27,226 nt of DNA. Source: a virus (lineage: Duplodnaviria > Caudoviricetes). Made by a program: the position numbers and the translations under genes. The DNA lies in IMG/VR virus record IMGVR_UViG_3300006789_000124, positions 1 to 27,226 of that record. One strand, written 5' to 3'. Under the pieces are notes generated by a model. That model was not told the DNA's origin and searched no databases. It worked only from the letters and a program-made list of their open reading frames with translations. Positions 1-7,760 of this stretch are shown here, in pieces (positions within the stretch are counted from its first letter, which is position 1; each line of letters opens with the position of its first letter).

Positions 1-33
1 CGCCTCAGCGCCCTGGAAGAGGACATCGGGATC
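1..33. repeat. Direct repeat copy A (encodes DPDVLFQGAEA on - strand)
   Basis: cgcctcagcgccctggaagaggacatcgggatc matches 3811-3843 at 30/33 positions. Confidence 0.9.
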
Positions 34-3000
34 TTTTGCTCTTGTACGTTGTAGAGATTGTAGAGCGAGATCACTTTCTGTTTGATACGCCTTCCCGAGA
101 TCATATCTATCGCCGGAGGGAACGTGCCATGTAGCACGGGGTTTAACTCCCAGCTCTCCGGGCGTCACAACGCCGGATCGTCTGAGGTCTGGCAGGATAG
201 TCGGGTAGTCTTTAGAAAGATCTACAAGACCCCGTAGCATCTCGGGATCGAGGTCCCTGGCACGGCTTATATTACCTCGCCCGAAAATATGCACTGGAAT
301 CGGAGTGTCTGGCTGAAGCTCTGCCAAGGTCATCATCCGGCCACGACCCTCGTGGCCCACAACCCGCAACCCGTTGCTGTCTTCTTTCACCATCAAAAAG
401 GGCGGGGCAATGGCTTCTCCCGCCTCGATACGCCTTGTGACCTCTGAGATAGTTCTCTTTCCTGACACGGCTTCTGCTGGCCGCGCTGGATTAAGGGACA
501 GGAACTCTTTAGGGGTCATCCAAGCAACAAAGCCTTTGTAAGCTACGTTCATGTTGAGCGGAACCTGGCCTAAGCCCTCCTTAGAGTCAAAAACGACTCG
601 GCCTGCCGTCATTCGTCCCTCGTAAGAGGCGGCATCTGTTGGAACAACGAACGCCGGAGCAGCCTCTTCTGAAGGCAGCTTGATCCCCAGCCGGGACGCT
701 ATGATACGTTTAGTAGACTCTTGACCTGCTCTGGGCTCGATTCCTTCAACTTCTTCTGCACGTTGAGCAGCTCCTGGGGCGTCACCTCTTCGGGGGGCAA
801 CCTTTCCAGTTTCATCCGCATCCCGTCCAGGTACGCGATCAAGTCCTCGATCCGCTCCTCGTCTGGGATCTGGTACTCTCGCATAGTCTGAAGGTTCCAG
901 ACCCTTTGCAAGATTTGCTGTACTGTCGGATTCATACGCTTTCCTTTGGGCTCTATACAAGTCCCAGTGCTTCTCGAAGACCTTCTCCACAGCTCTTTCT
1001 ACTTCGTAATAGGCGTCGAGGTCTGAAAGAAGCTTCAGAAGCTGCATCTCGCCCGTTGAGAAGCTCTCTCCGTGACCAGACACTGGAAAGTGAACAAGCT
1101 CATGCTGCAAGACAAACATATACTGGCGGGCCGCTGCGCGAGGGTTCTTTGGAGCTATTAGAGAGTTTAGAGGATTTACAAAGAAGCCGTGAAAGGGAGT
1201 ACGGATATGTACCCCCGCGTACTCCTTATCGATAGAAATACCGGTAGGAACATCCGCGATGTCCTTATACCGATCGTACACCCAGTACTCGTCCGATCCC
1301 TTCGCCGCTATCTGCGTCAGTCGCTTCACCTCGTCATTCAAAGAACCTAACGAAGAGTAGAAGTCCGTAATATCTGCTTCTGAGAATCGAAGCGTCTTAG
1401 GTTCTGATAGCTTTAGAAGAGAGGTTGCTAAAGACTCTGCCTTTAGGACATCTCCAAACTCGATCGTTAAAACTTGGTCGGCAAGAGCAGCAATCCCCGG
1501 ACTCGCAACATCAGCCAACTCGCCTCGAAGATAATCTAAAAGAACTCGATATTCTTGAATAGCATAGTCATAGTCGTAGAATCTTTCTTCTGTGAACTTG
1601 TCTGCCGGAGAGGTGTATTTGCCGACAATCCTTTCTTCTTTTCTCCTGGAAAGAAAACTAAGAAGATCGTCTATGTTGTAGCCAAGGATCTGTTCGTGGT
1701 CTTTGTAAGAGCGAGATTCTAAAAGGGAGGGGCGACCTTCGCTGCTCTTAAGCCAATCATCGTGGTCTTTAAGCCTTAGCCCGAGTCCCTCCTCTACTTT
1801 GTGAGAGTGATAGACGCGATCCATCAACCCGTTACGCAGATGTATAAAGGCTACTCGCTCCCCCGGCGACATCCGGGTAAAAGCCTCTCCTACAAGCTCG
1901 TAGACATCAGACATCTGGGCCTGCGTAGCCGTTACTTGGGCGGTCGCTTTGTTAAACCTCGATGCGCCGAAGACATCCGCCCCTTCTGAGCTTTTATCAT
2001 GCCACAACAAAGCAGCCCGAGATTCCCCTCCTCCCCCGCTGGCGGGGTATAGAGTGTTTTCTAAAGAACGGATAAGGTCTCTGGCTTCTTTGTTTGGTAC
2101 GAGATCCAGCCCTTCTAAAGGATCTTCAGACACCTTTAGCGCTGTAATACCGAAGTAGTTTACATTCGTGTTGTTGTGGAAAAGCGCGACTCCCTTTGGA
2201 ACCTCAATCTTTGTCGGAGCAGCAACGTCTCCACCAGCCCCGACTCTAAAACTATCGGAAATCTCGTTGATGTTCTCGGAAGTAAGGGTCTTCCCTTTAC
2301 CAGCCTCAAGTTTCCCCTCCCAGATTTTTAGAAGACGCGCTCGCTCCGAGTCCTTTACCTTCGGCGGAGTGAGCTTTGGTCCTATTAAAGGACCGTCGAT
2401 GTCCTCCAGGCGATCAAGCAAACGCTGCCGAAGAGGCATCGGGCGAAAGGAGGAGAAGGTCTCTCCTATCTCAACGGCTTCTTGAGCCGCGTACCAGCGC
2501 CGAATATGAAACTTAAGCGCGTCCAGGTCTTTCTTGATGTTCTTGTTAAAACCCTCTCTTTGTTTATTGAACGGATACGCTCGGTGAGAAGGGTCTACGG
2601 TCGGCTTCCAATCAATGAAAATGTCATAAGGAATGGTCTTATCAGAGAAGGACTGGATGTCTTGATTAAACTGAAACAATCCCGCCGAAAGGTTTTGATG
2701 CCTGGCAAAATGAGCCTTCTCATGCTTCTTCTTAGAAATCCAGACCTGGGCGGAGCCCCAGGAAAACTCAGCCTCTACAAAGTCCTCGTACTCACCCAAG
2801 CGGTCAAAGCTCCTGCCTAATAGAGGGGTTTTGTTAGGCGGAAGAATGTATGTCCAGTCCTCGTTGCCTCTCGTCTTAGAAGCCCCTCCCTGAAGAAAAT
2901 GTACCTCTACAGAAGCATCGTGGATTAGAGCATTACGTGACAGGGTGTTGGGGACCGGAAGACTTCTTAAATCCTCCTGAGAAGAAACAGTCTTATAAGG

Positions 3001-6000
3001 ATACGAGATCTTCCTTGTCTCGTCTAACTGAGCGTCGTAGTACTCCTCGGGTATACGAATACGAACCTCTGTTCCGTGCTCTAACTTAAGAGCCCCGGCT
3101 TCGTGCTTGTTCCAAAAATCAAGCTCTTCTTTAGGGGTTTGATTAAGAGAGCCTTTCCAACGATTATCTTCCTGGAGTCGCTTCATAGCGTCGTATCGAT
3201 CGGGAATCATCTTAAGAGCATTGCCCTTGGCGTCCTTCTTAACGACAGCTACCTCAGCAGCAAAGCTATCTGCCTTGGTCGTGCTCACGGGAAACTTGGT
3301 TCCAGAGACTATGCTGTCCTGCATCTGCTTAGCACTAACTTCTGCAGTAGTAAGAACACCGTCTCGAATAGTTCTCAAGGAGATCGATTCCGCGCCCAAG
3401 AGAAACCCGAGTTTCGCGATACCAAAGCCGCCCGAGCGCATCTCTATGGGGATGTCTTTCTTGGTTCCCGCCACAGTAAAGAACGCATCCTGAACAATAT
3501 CAGGAGACATGCCGATACCGTTATCAATAAGGGCGATCTCACGAAGAGTCGGGTCATAGCGAACGATAATCCGACCCGCTCCCTTCTCTAGAACACCCTT
3601 AAACTCGGCCTCTTTAATCGCATCAAAAGAGTTCTGAATTAATTCCTTTACTGTAACTTCGGACAAAGACCGCGAGTACATCTGAGAACCCAGAAGCTCC
3701 ACCAACCGGGCCTTGTTGACCTCGATGCCCATCTCGCCACCCGCCTGGGCGACAATCTTCTCGGCAAGCTCCTCATCTGCGCCCGAGTAAAGAACCGTAG
3801 GCGCTTTCGCCGCGTCAGCGCCCTGGAAGAGTACGTCGGGATCAGCAAACGGAGACTTAATCTGAGTAGCCTCAAAGACAATGAAATTATCGGAAATCCC
3901 CTCCCCGTCTTTAATGTTCTTGATATGGATTCCGTCAAAGTTGCCTTCTGCTATCTCTATTCCTCGAAGGATTTCATGATCCAACTCACGAGACCAGTGC
4001 CTCCCCTTAGCATCAAATACGAAAGGTCTTTCTATCCTTAGGTGTGCCGGGATAACCGAGCCCCAGTCCTCGATGAGTTTAGACCACTTGCTGCCCTTTG
4101 CCTGCCCTGTAAGCAGATCATCGAGGAGGTCAGACAACTCTATCTCTTCCGCTTTAGCAGCCCCGACCTCTTTAACAAGCGCCTTGTGCTCTTTCGTAGA
4201 AACCAACCGCGTCTGAACAGCATACGCAGAAGCACGCTCTGGAGAGGGTGTGAAAAAGAGACCTCGAATCGTGGTCTCCCCGTGAGCACTTCCTAAAGCA
4301 GACAAAGAAAAATCCTTAAACACCGCTGATGTTCCGTGGTAAACAACCAGCGGCTTACCCTTCTCGTCAACGACCTTAGAATCACCAAACCAACGCTTAA
4401 ATTCGGGGGTGTCTGTTATTTCCTCCGCTCTCTGTAGCAAGACATCTGGTTCCTCAGCCTTCTCTGGAGCCTTCTCCTTCGGCGGTCTTTTCTTGAGCTT
4501 GAAGGTGGGTTTTCCATCCACTATCTGGATCTTACCCTTCACGATCTTAATATCGTGCTTCAGCCACCAGGCCTTTGGGTCTTGCCCGTAGGTGTTACCG
4601 TGGTTGATGGCATAATCGTCCAGCATCCGAGCAATCTTCTCGGCCTTCTTTGCGCTGTACCCTGCGTCGATCGCTTGATCCATAAACTCGATCGCCTCGA
4701 AGGACATCGGGTTTCTAGGATCCAGCTCAGGTACGTCTCGGAAACCCCTGACCTTGATAGGCTTTACACGCTTACCCAGCTTGCCTTCCACGAAGTAGTG
4801 CATCTGAGCAGCCGCTATGGCACGGGCCTCGTTGTTAATCCAGACAGCCGCCTTAGCTCGCTCAATGACCTCCAGAAGCTCCTCTTTGGAAAGAGCCTTG
4901 TCCATTGTCTTGCTAAGCTCTGCAACCATCTTCTCGATGGCAGGGATAAAGGAGTCCCTCTTCTTCTGCCGGGCCTTGCCCGCTTTCAGGGCCTGCTTTT
5001 CGAGGTCTGAGAGCTTGGGCTTCTTGGGCGCTTTAACCTTGGGCTTAGGTGCCGCTGCCCGACGAGCCCTCTCTTCCTGGATTGCTCGGATATTGAACTT
5101 ATGAAAGTCCTCAAGCTCCTCCCCGCGAGCAATCCGCTTACGATAAAAGCCCAGAGCTTCTGATAGGGCTTCGTCGGACTCCTTAGCTGCCTTCGCAAGA
5201 AGCGTCGGACCTCCCTGAGCCCAGGCGGCCTCATCTACCGTGACCTTAATAGGCTCTTCGACGGGCTCTTTTACTGGCTCAGGAGCCTTGGGAGCTACGG
5301 GCTCGTCGGGAAGCCTCTTGAGCGTAGTGACTTCGTTTTCCAGGAAGCGCATAAGGGACTGCTGAAGAGCAGCCGGGTCATCGGGATGAGCTTTGATCGC
5401 AGCGAGCGCTTTCTCTTTTGCAGCGGCAACCTCTTCTTCTGTCGCTCCCTTCTTCGCTACTCGCTTAGAGAAGCTCTCCGCCAAGTCATCTGCGATTTTA
5501 TCCACGGCATCTGACGCGGGATCGATCTCTCCTCGCTTGATTTTCTGAGCGAAATCTTCCAGGTCCTGAGCATGCCTCGGATGATTGAAAAGCTCATCGT
5601 ACCGGGTTGCAACTGTGCCGGCCTGCTCCCCCATCAGGACACCGGCTTTACGGTTTCCTGTGCTGAGATTCAGCCCTCGGGGGACCTTCGCGGCGAGGTC
5701 CATGTCCACGATATCGGGGTGCTGCTTGGACAGGCGCTTCGCAATCAGCTGCTCCTGGATGTCCAGCATGTCTGCAACATCCCCTTGACCAGGGAACTGC
5801 GACCGGAGGCGGCTTTCTGCCTCAGCAAATTCCTCGGTTCTATTGAGACGAGACTCTGCAATGATCCGAAAGTCTTTAGAGGCTTTCTTGAGGTCGGCCC
5901 TGCGAGGTGTCTCCAAGCCCTTCTTGACAACCCTCCCTAGACTGCCAACCGCGACAGTAATCATGTCGGGAGTAAGGATCCAGCCGGCAGTACCGCCTAA

Positions 6001-7758
6001 ATACCACGCAAGCTGATCAAACGTGTCCATATTAGGGGACGAGCCGATGACATCCAGTCCTACCTGCTGTGTATTATCCCGCTGGGCCATTCCCCTCTTC
6101 CAAGCAGTGGAAAAGTTATCCCAGGAAGTAGACGGATCCCTGGGATCAAAAAGCTCAGACCAACCTGCGCCCAGACTTCCCTCTCTAACAACCCCAGCAA
6201 CGCCGCTGTGCGCGATATCCACTATCTCGAAGCCGCCCATCCACCCGTCAACAGCTCTTAGAAGAACCTCGCCGTCTGTGTCGAAGCCAACGACCTCGAT
6301 TCTCTGCTCTAAGGCGTCTCCGAAGAGCAAATCTCCTTGATATCCCTTGAGCTGTCGATCTGAGATACTACGATTCCCGCTCCAGTTACCGGTCACATAG
6401 AGGGCTCCTACGTCGCGAAGAGCCCTCTCCCGGAAATACTGAATCTTCTCCTCGTGGTTAGGTGCTCCTGCTTCCAGCTTAAACTGTCTCGCGTAGATTT
6501 GCGTCATGGCATCTACGAAGTTGTCCGTAGAAGCATGGCTTAGGAGACCACTGTACTCCTCCCAAACCTGCCTCTTCTGCTGACCGATATCGCTCTTGTC
6601 TAACAAGATAGAGGCGGCGATCATCTGGGCGTCAGTGAACTTCGCGTCTCCAGGGACAACATTCAAGCCCATGGCCAGGCTATCGTCCTTCTCCGTGAAC
6701 TTAAACGAGGGATCGTCCAGCTCCATCATCGTGTTGATGTCACCGGCTCTGATGTACTTGTCCTGCGCCTCGATGCGAGCCACGCCTTCTCGGACAGCGT
6801 TGACACGGTCTACAAGCTCGGGTCCCACCCCTTGGAGAACAGCGCCCCCACGAATGGTCTCTAAATGAAGAACGGCGGCAGGGTTCTGGTTATCTACCCG
6901 GATCTTTTGTTCAAGATGCTCCAGGTTAATGCCCGCAGCCGTGAGGGTATCCTTGAATGTCTGCGCGGACGGGGGCGCTTCTAATCCGAGGCTCTTGACA
7001 TGCTTCTGAATGATCTGGTCTGTCGTATCTGCGGAGGAGCTAGTTCCCAGCTTGAAGACAAAACTCCGTACATCAAGCTCCTCAAGAGCCGCCTGTCGAT
7101 CTGCAGAAGCAGCCATGAGCATTGTCGCGGCCTTGGCTCGCGAGGGCTTCGCGTACTTCTTCGCATAGATCCCTTTAAGCTTCTCATAAGCCTCTTTCTT
7201 GGCATCTTCGAGCGGCAAACCGTCCCACATCCGAACAAAGACAACTGCCGCGTGATCATCCGCGAGTTCTTCCCAGCTACCCGGAAGCTCGTGCTCCCAC
7301 GCCTTTGCCGCTACCTCTTTCTCCTGAAGCTGAATCTTCTCCAAGAGCTGATTTAGCTGCCTCTCTTCTTCCCCCAGCCGAGTCTGGTCTGCGGATAGCT
7401 GCTCCTGGAGAGTGGTAAGGGCGGTCTCTCTTTCGAGCAGCGCCTCCCTCGTCTTAAGAGCCCGATCATATTCTTCGCCCGGAGAGAACCCGTCGGGGTT
7501 CTCTTCAAGCAACGCCTGCAACCCCCGAGCGTCGGCATCGAGCGCTTGTGCCTGCTGATTAAAGGCCTCTATTCGCGGGTTAAAAGCAGTTGCGTCTGTT
7601 TCAAAGACCTGAGCACGAGTGTTGTAGTCCTCGATCAAAGTGTCGAGGTCCATCGGTGGCGCTTCTGGCAGCTCCACAGCCTCCGGTACATCCTCTTCAG
7701 CACGCTCTGCGCGGGGAACTGCGGAGACCGCTGTAGAAGCTTTTGGAGCAGGAGGCAC
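1..7758 (-). CDS. Giant polyvalent / internal virion (ejection) protein, >2586 aa, 3' end outside window; contains ART, GHKL ATPase, HExxH peptidase and ParB-like domains
   Basis: GTG at 7758-7756 preceded by AAGGAG and the upstream gene's TAA. Manual translation (MPPAPKASTAVSAVPRAERAEEDVPE...DPDVLFQGAEA) stays open to base 1. It is absent from the ORF track because there is no stop in the window. It is the last gene of the virion operon, after other large probable ejection proteins. Confidence 0.9.
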   Translation of the reverse strand, partial: MPPAPKASTAVSAVPRAERAEEDVPEAVELPEAPPMDLDTLIEDYNTRAQVFETDATAFNPRIEAFNQQAQALDADARGLQALLEENPDGFSPGEEYDRALKTREALLERETALTTLQEQLSADQTRLGEEERQLNQLLEKIQLQEKEVAAKAWEHELPGSWEELADDHAAVVFVRMWDGLPLEDAKKEAYEKLKGIYAKKYAKPSRAKAATMLMAASADRQAALEELDVRSFVFKLGTSSSADTTDQIIQKHVKSLGLEAPPSAQTFKDTLTAAGINLEHLEQKIRVDNQNPAAVLHLETIRGGAVLQGVGPELVDRVNAVREGVARIEAQDKYIRAGDINTMMELDDPSFKFTEKDDSLAMGLNVVPGDAKFTDAQMIAASILLDKSDIGQQKRQVWEEYSGLLSHASTDNFVDAMTQIYARQFKLEAGAPNHEEKIQYFRERALRDVGALYVTGNWSGNRSISDRQLKGYQGDLLFGDALEQRIEVVGFDTDGEVLLRAVDGWMGGFEIVDIAHSGVAGVVREGSLGAGWSELFDPRDPSTSWDNFSTAWKRGMAQRDNTQQVGLDVIGSSPNMDTFDQLAWYLGGTAGWILTPDMITVAVGSLGRVVKKGLETPRRADLKKASKDFRIIAESRLNRTEEFAEAESRLRSQFPGQGDVADMLDIQEQLIAKRLSKQHPDIVDMDLAAKVPRGLNLSTGNRKAGVLMGEQAGTVATRYDELFNHPRHAQDLEDFAQKIKRGEIDPASDAVDKIADDLAESFSKRVAKKGATEEEVAAAKEKALAAIKAHPDDPAALQQSLMRFLENEVTTLKRLPDEPVAPKAPEPVKEPVEEPIKVTVDEAAWAQGGPTLLAKAAKESDEALSEALGFYRKRIARGEELEDFHKFNIRAIQEERARRAAAPKPKVKAPKKPKLSDLEKQALKAGKARQKKRDSFIPAIEKMVAELSKTMDKALSKEELLEVIERAKAAVWINNEARAIAAAQMHYFVEGKLGKRVKPIKVRGFRDVPELDPRNPMSFEAIEFMDQAIDAGYSAKKAEKIARMLDDYAINHGNTYGQDPKAWWLKHDIKIVKGKIQIVDGKPTFKLKKRPPKEKAPEKAEEPDVLLQRAEEITDTPEFKRWFGDSKVVDEKGKPLVVYHGTSAVFKDFSLSALGSAHGETTIRGLFFTPSPERASAYAVQTRLVSTKEHKALVKEVGAAKAEEIELSDLLDDLLTGQAKGSKWSKLIEDWGSVIPAHLRIERPFVFDAKGRHWSRELDHEILRGIEIAEGNFDGIHIKNIKDGEGISDNFIVFEATQIKSPFADPDVLFQGADAAKAPTVLYSGADEELAEKIVAQAGGEMGIEVNKARLVELLGSQMYSRSLSEVTVKELIQNSFDAIKEAEFKGVLEKGAGRIIVRYDPTLREIALIDNGIGMSPDIVQDAFFTVAGTKKDIPIEMRSGGFGIAKLGFLLGAESISLRTIRDGVLTTAEVSAKQMQDSIVSGTKFPVSTTKADSFAAEVAVVKKDAKGNALKMIPDRYDAMKRLQEDNRWKGSLNQTPKEELDFWNKHEAGALKLEHGTEVRIRIPEEYYDAQLDETRKISYPYKTVSSQEDLRSLPVPNTLSRNALIHDASVEVHFLQGGASKTRGNEDWTYILPPNKTPLLGRSFDRLGEYEDFVEAEFSWGSAQVWISKKKHEKAHFARHQNLSAGLFQFNQDIQSFSDKTIPYDIFIDWKPTVDPSHRAYPFNKQREGFNKNIKKDLDALKFHIRRWYAAQEAVEIGETFSSFRPMPLRQRLLDRLEDIDGPLIGPKLTPPKVKDSERARLLKIWEGKLEAGKGKTLTSENINEISDSFRVGAGGDVAAPTKIEVPKGVALFHNNTNVNYFGITALKVSEDPLEGLDLVPNKEARDLIRSLENTLYPASGGGGESRAALLWHDKSSEGADVFGASRFNKATAQVTATQAQMSDVYELVGEAFTRMSPGERVAFIHLRNGLMDRVYHSHKVEEGLGLRLKDHDDWLKSSEGRPSLLESRSYKDHEQILGYNIDDLLSFLSRRKEERIVGKYTSPADKFTEERFYDYDYAIQEYRVLLDYLRGELADVASPGIAALADQVLTIEFGDVLKAESLATSLLKLSEPKTLRFSEADITDFYSSLGSLNDEVKRLTQIAAKGSDEYWVYDRYKDIADVPTGISIDKEYAGVHIRTPFHGFFVNPLNSLIAPKNPRAAARQYMFVLQHELVHFPVSGHGESFSTGEMQLLKLLSDLDAYYEVERAVEKVFEKHWDLYRAQRKAYESDSTANLAKGLEPSDYARVPDPRRGADRGLDRVPGRDADETGKVAPRRGDAPGAAQRAEEVEGIEPRAGQESTKRIIASRLGIKLPSEEAAPAFVVPTDAASYEGRMTAGRVVFDSKEGLGQVPLNMNVAYKGFVAWMTPKEFLSLNPARPAEAVSGKRTISEVTRRIEAGEAIAPPFLMVKEDSNGLRVVGHEGRGRMMTLAELQPDTPIPVHIFGRGNISRARDLDPEMLRGLVDLSKDYPTILPDLRRSGVVTPGELGVKPRATWHVPSGDRYDLGKAYQTESDLALQSLQRTRAKDPDVLFQGAEA
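250..610 (-). other. ParB/sulfiredoxin-like domain within the giant ORF
   Basis: FVAWMTPKEFLSL...IEAGEAIAPPFLMV...RVVGHEGRGRMMTL...IPVHIF. GHEGRGR (337-357) corresponds to the ParB/Srx GxxR nucleotide-binding motif. Confidence 0.6.
699..935 (-). CDS. Small helical protein overprinted (nested, alternative frame) inside the giant ORF
   Basis: ATG at 935-933 with AAGGAAAG just upstream. The 78-aa product is L/E/Q/K-rich and amphipathic, while the host frame here degenerates into an R/G/D/P linker. Confidence 0.55.
   Translation of the reverse strand: MNPTVQQILQRVWNLQTMREYQIPDEERIEDLIAYLDGMRMKLERLPPEEVTPQELLNVQKKLKESSPEQVKSLLNVS
960..1260 (-). other. Zincin-like metallopeptidase motif (HExxH...H) within the giant ORF
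   Basis: ...GVHIRTPFHGFFVNP...YMFVLQHELVHFPVSGHGESF (1060-1104). HExxH plus a third His and a following Phe is the pattern seen in WLM/SprT-like zincins. Confidence 0.7.
2480..3740 (-). other. GHKL (Hsp90/MORC/MutL-like) ATPase domain plus middle domain within the giant ORF
   Basis: N-box KELIQNSFDA (3619-3648), G1 DNGIGMS (3505-3525), G2 SGGFGIAK (3412-3435), GTEVRI (3058-3075). Downstream PFNKQRE (2554-2574) resembles the Hsp90 middle-domain LNxSRE arginine loop. Confidence 0.88.
3811..3843. repeat. Direct repeat copy B (encodes DPDVLFQGADA on - strand)
   Basis: cgcgtcagcgccctggaagagtacgtcgggatc lies exactly at the ART/GHKL boundary. Confidence 0.9.
3850..4410 (-). other. ADP-ribosyltransferase domain (ART-PolyVal-like) within the giant ORF
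   Basis: TPEFKRWFGDSKVVDEKGKPLVVYHGT...GLFFTPSPERASAYA...VIPAHLRIERPF...FDGIHIKN...NFIVFEATQIKS matches the signature of ART domains in phage/plasmid polyvalent proteins. The His of YHGT is at 4336-4338. Confidence 0.85.
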
Positions 7759-7760
7759 GG

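Noticed and set aside
1-3843. 33-bp repeats as att sites, DGR template/variable repeats or intein boundaries
   Set aside because: No integrase or reverse transcriptase in the window, mismatches are not adenine-specific, and no intein C/S...HN splice motifs are seen at the boundaries.
3648-7538. Other same-strand alternative-frame ORFs inside the giant gene (3648-3938, 4986-5234, 5745-5930, 6981-7259, 7353-7538)
   Set aside because: R/S-rich frame-shift shadows overlapping well-formed regions of the main frame and lacking a convincing RBS, unlike 699-935.
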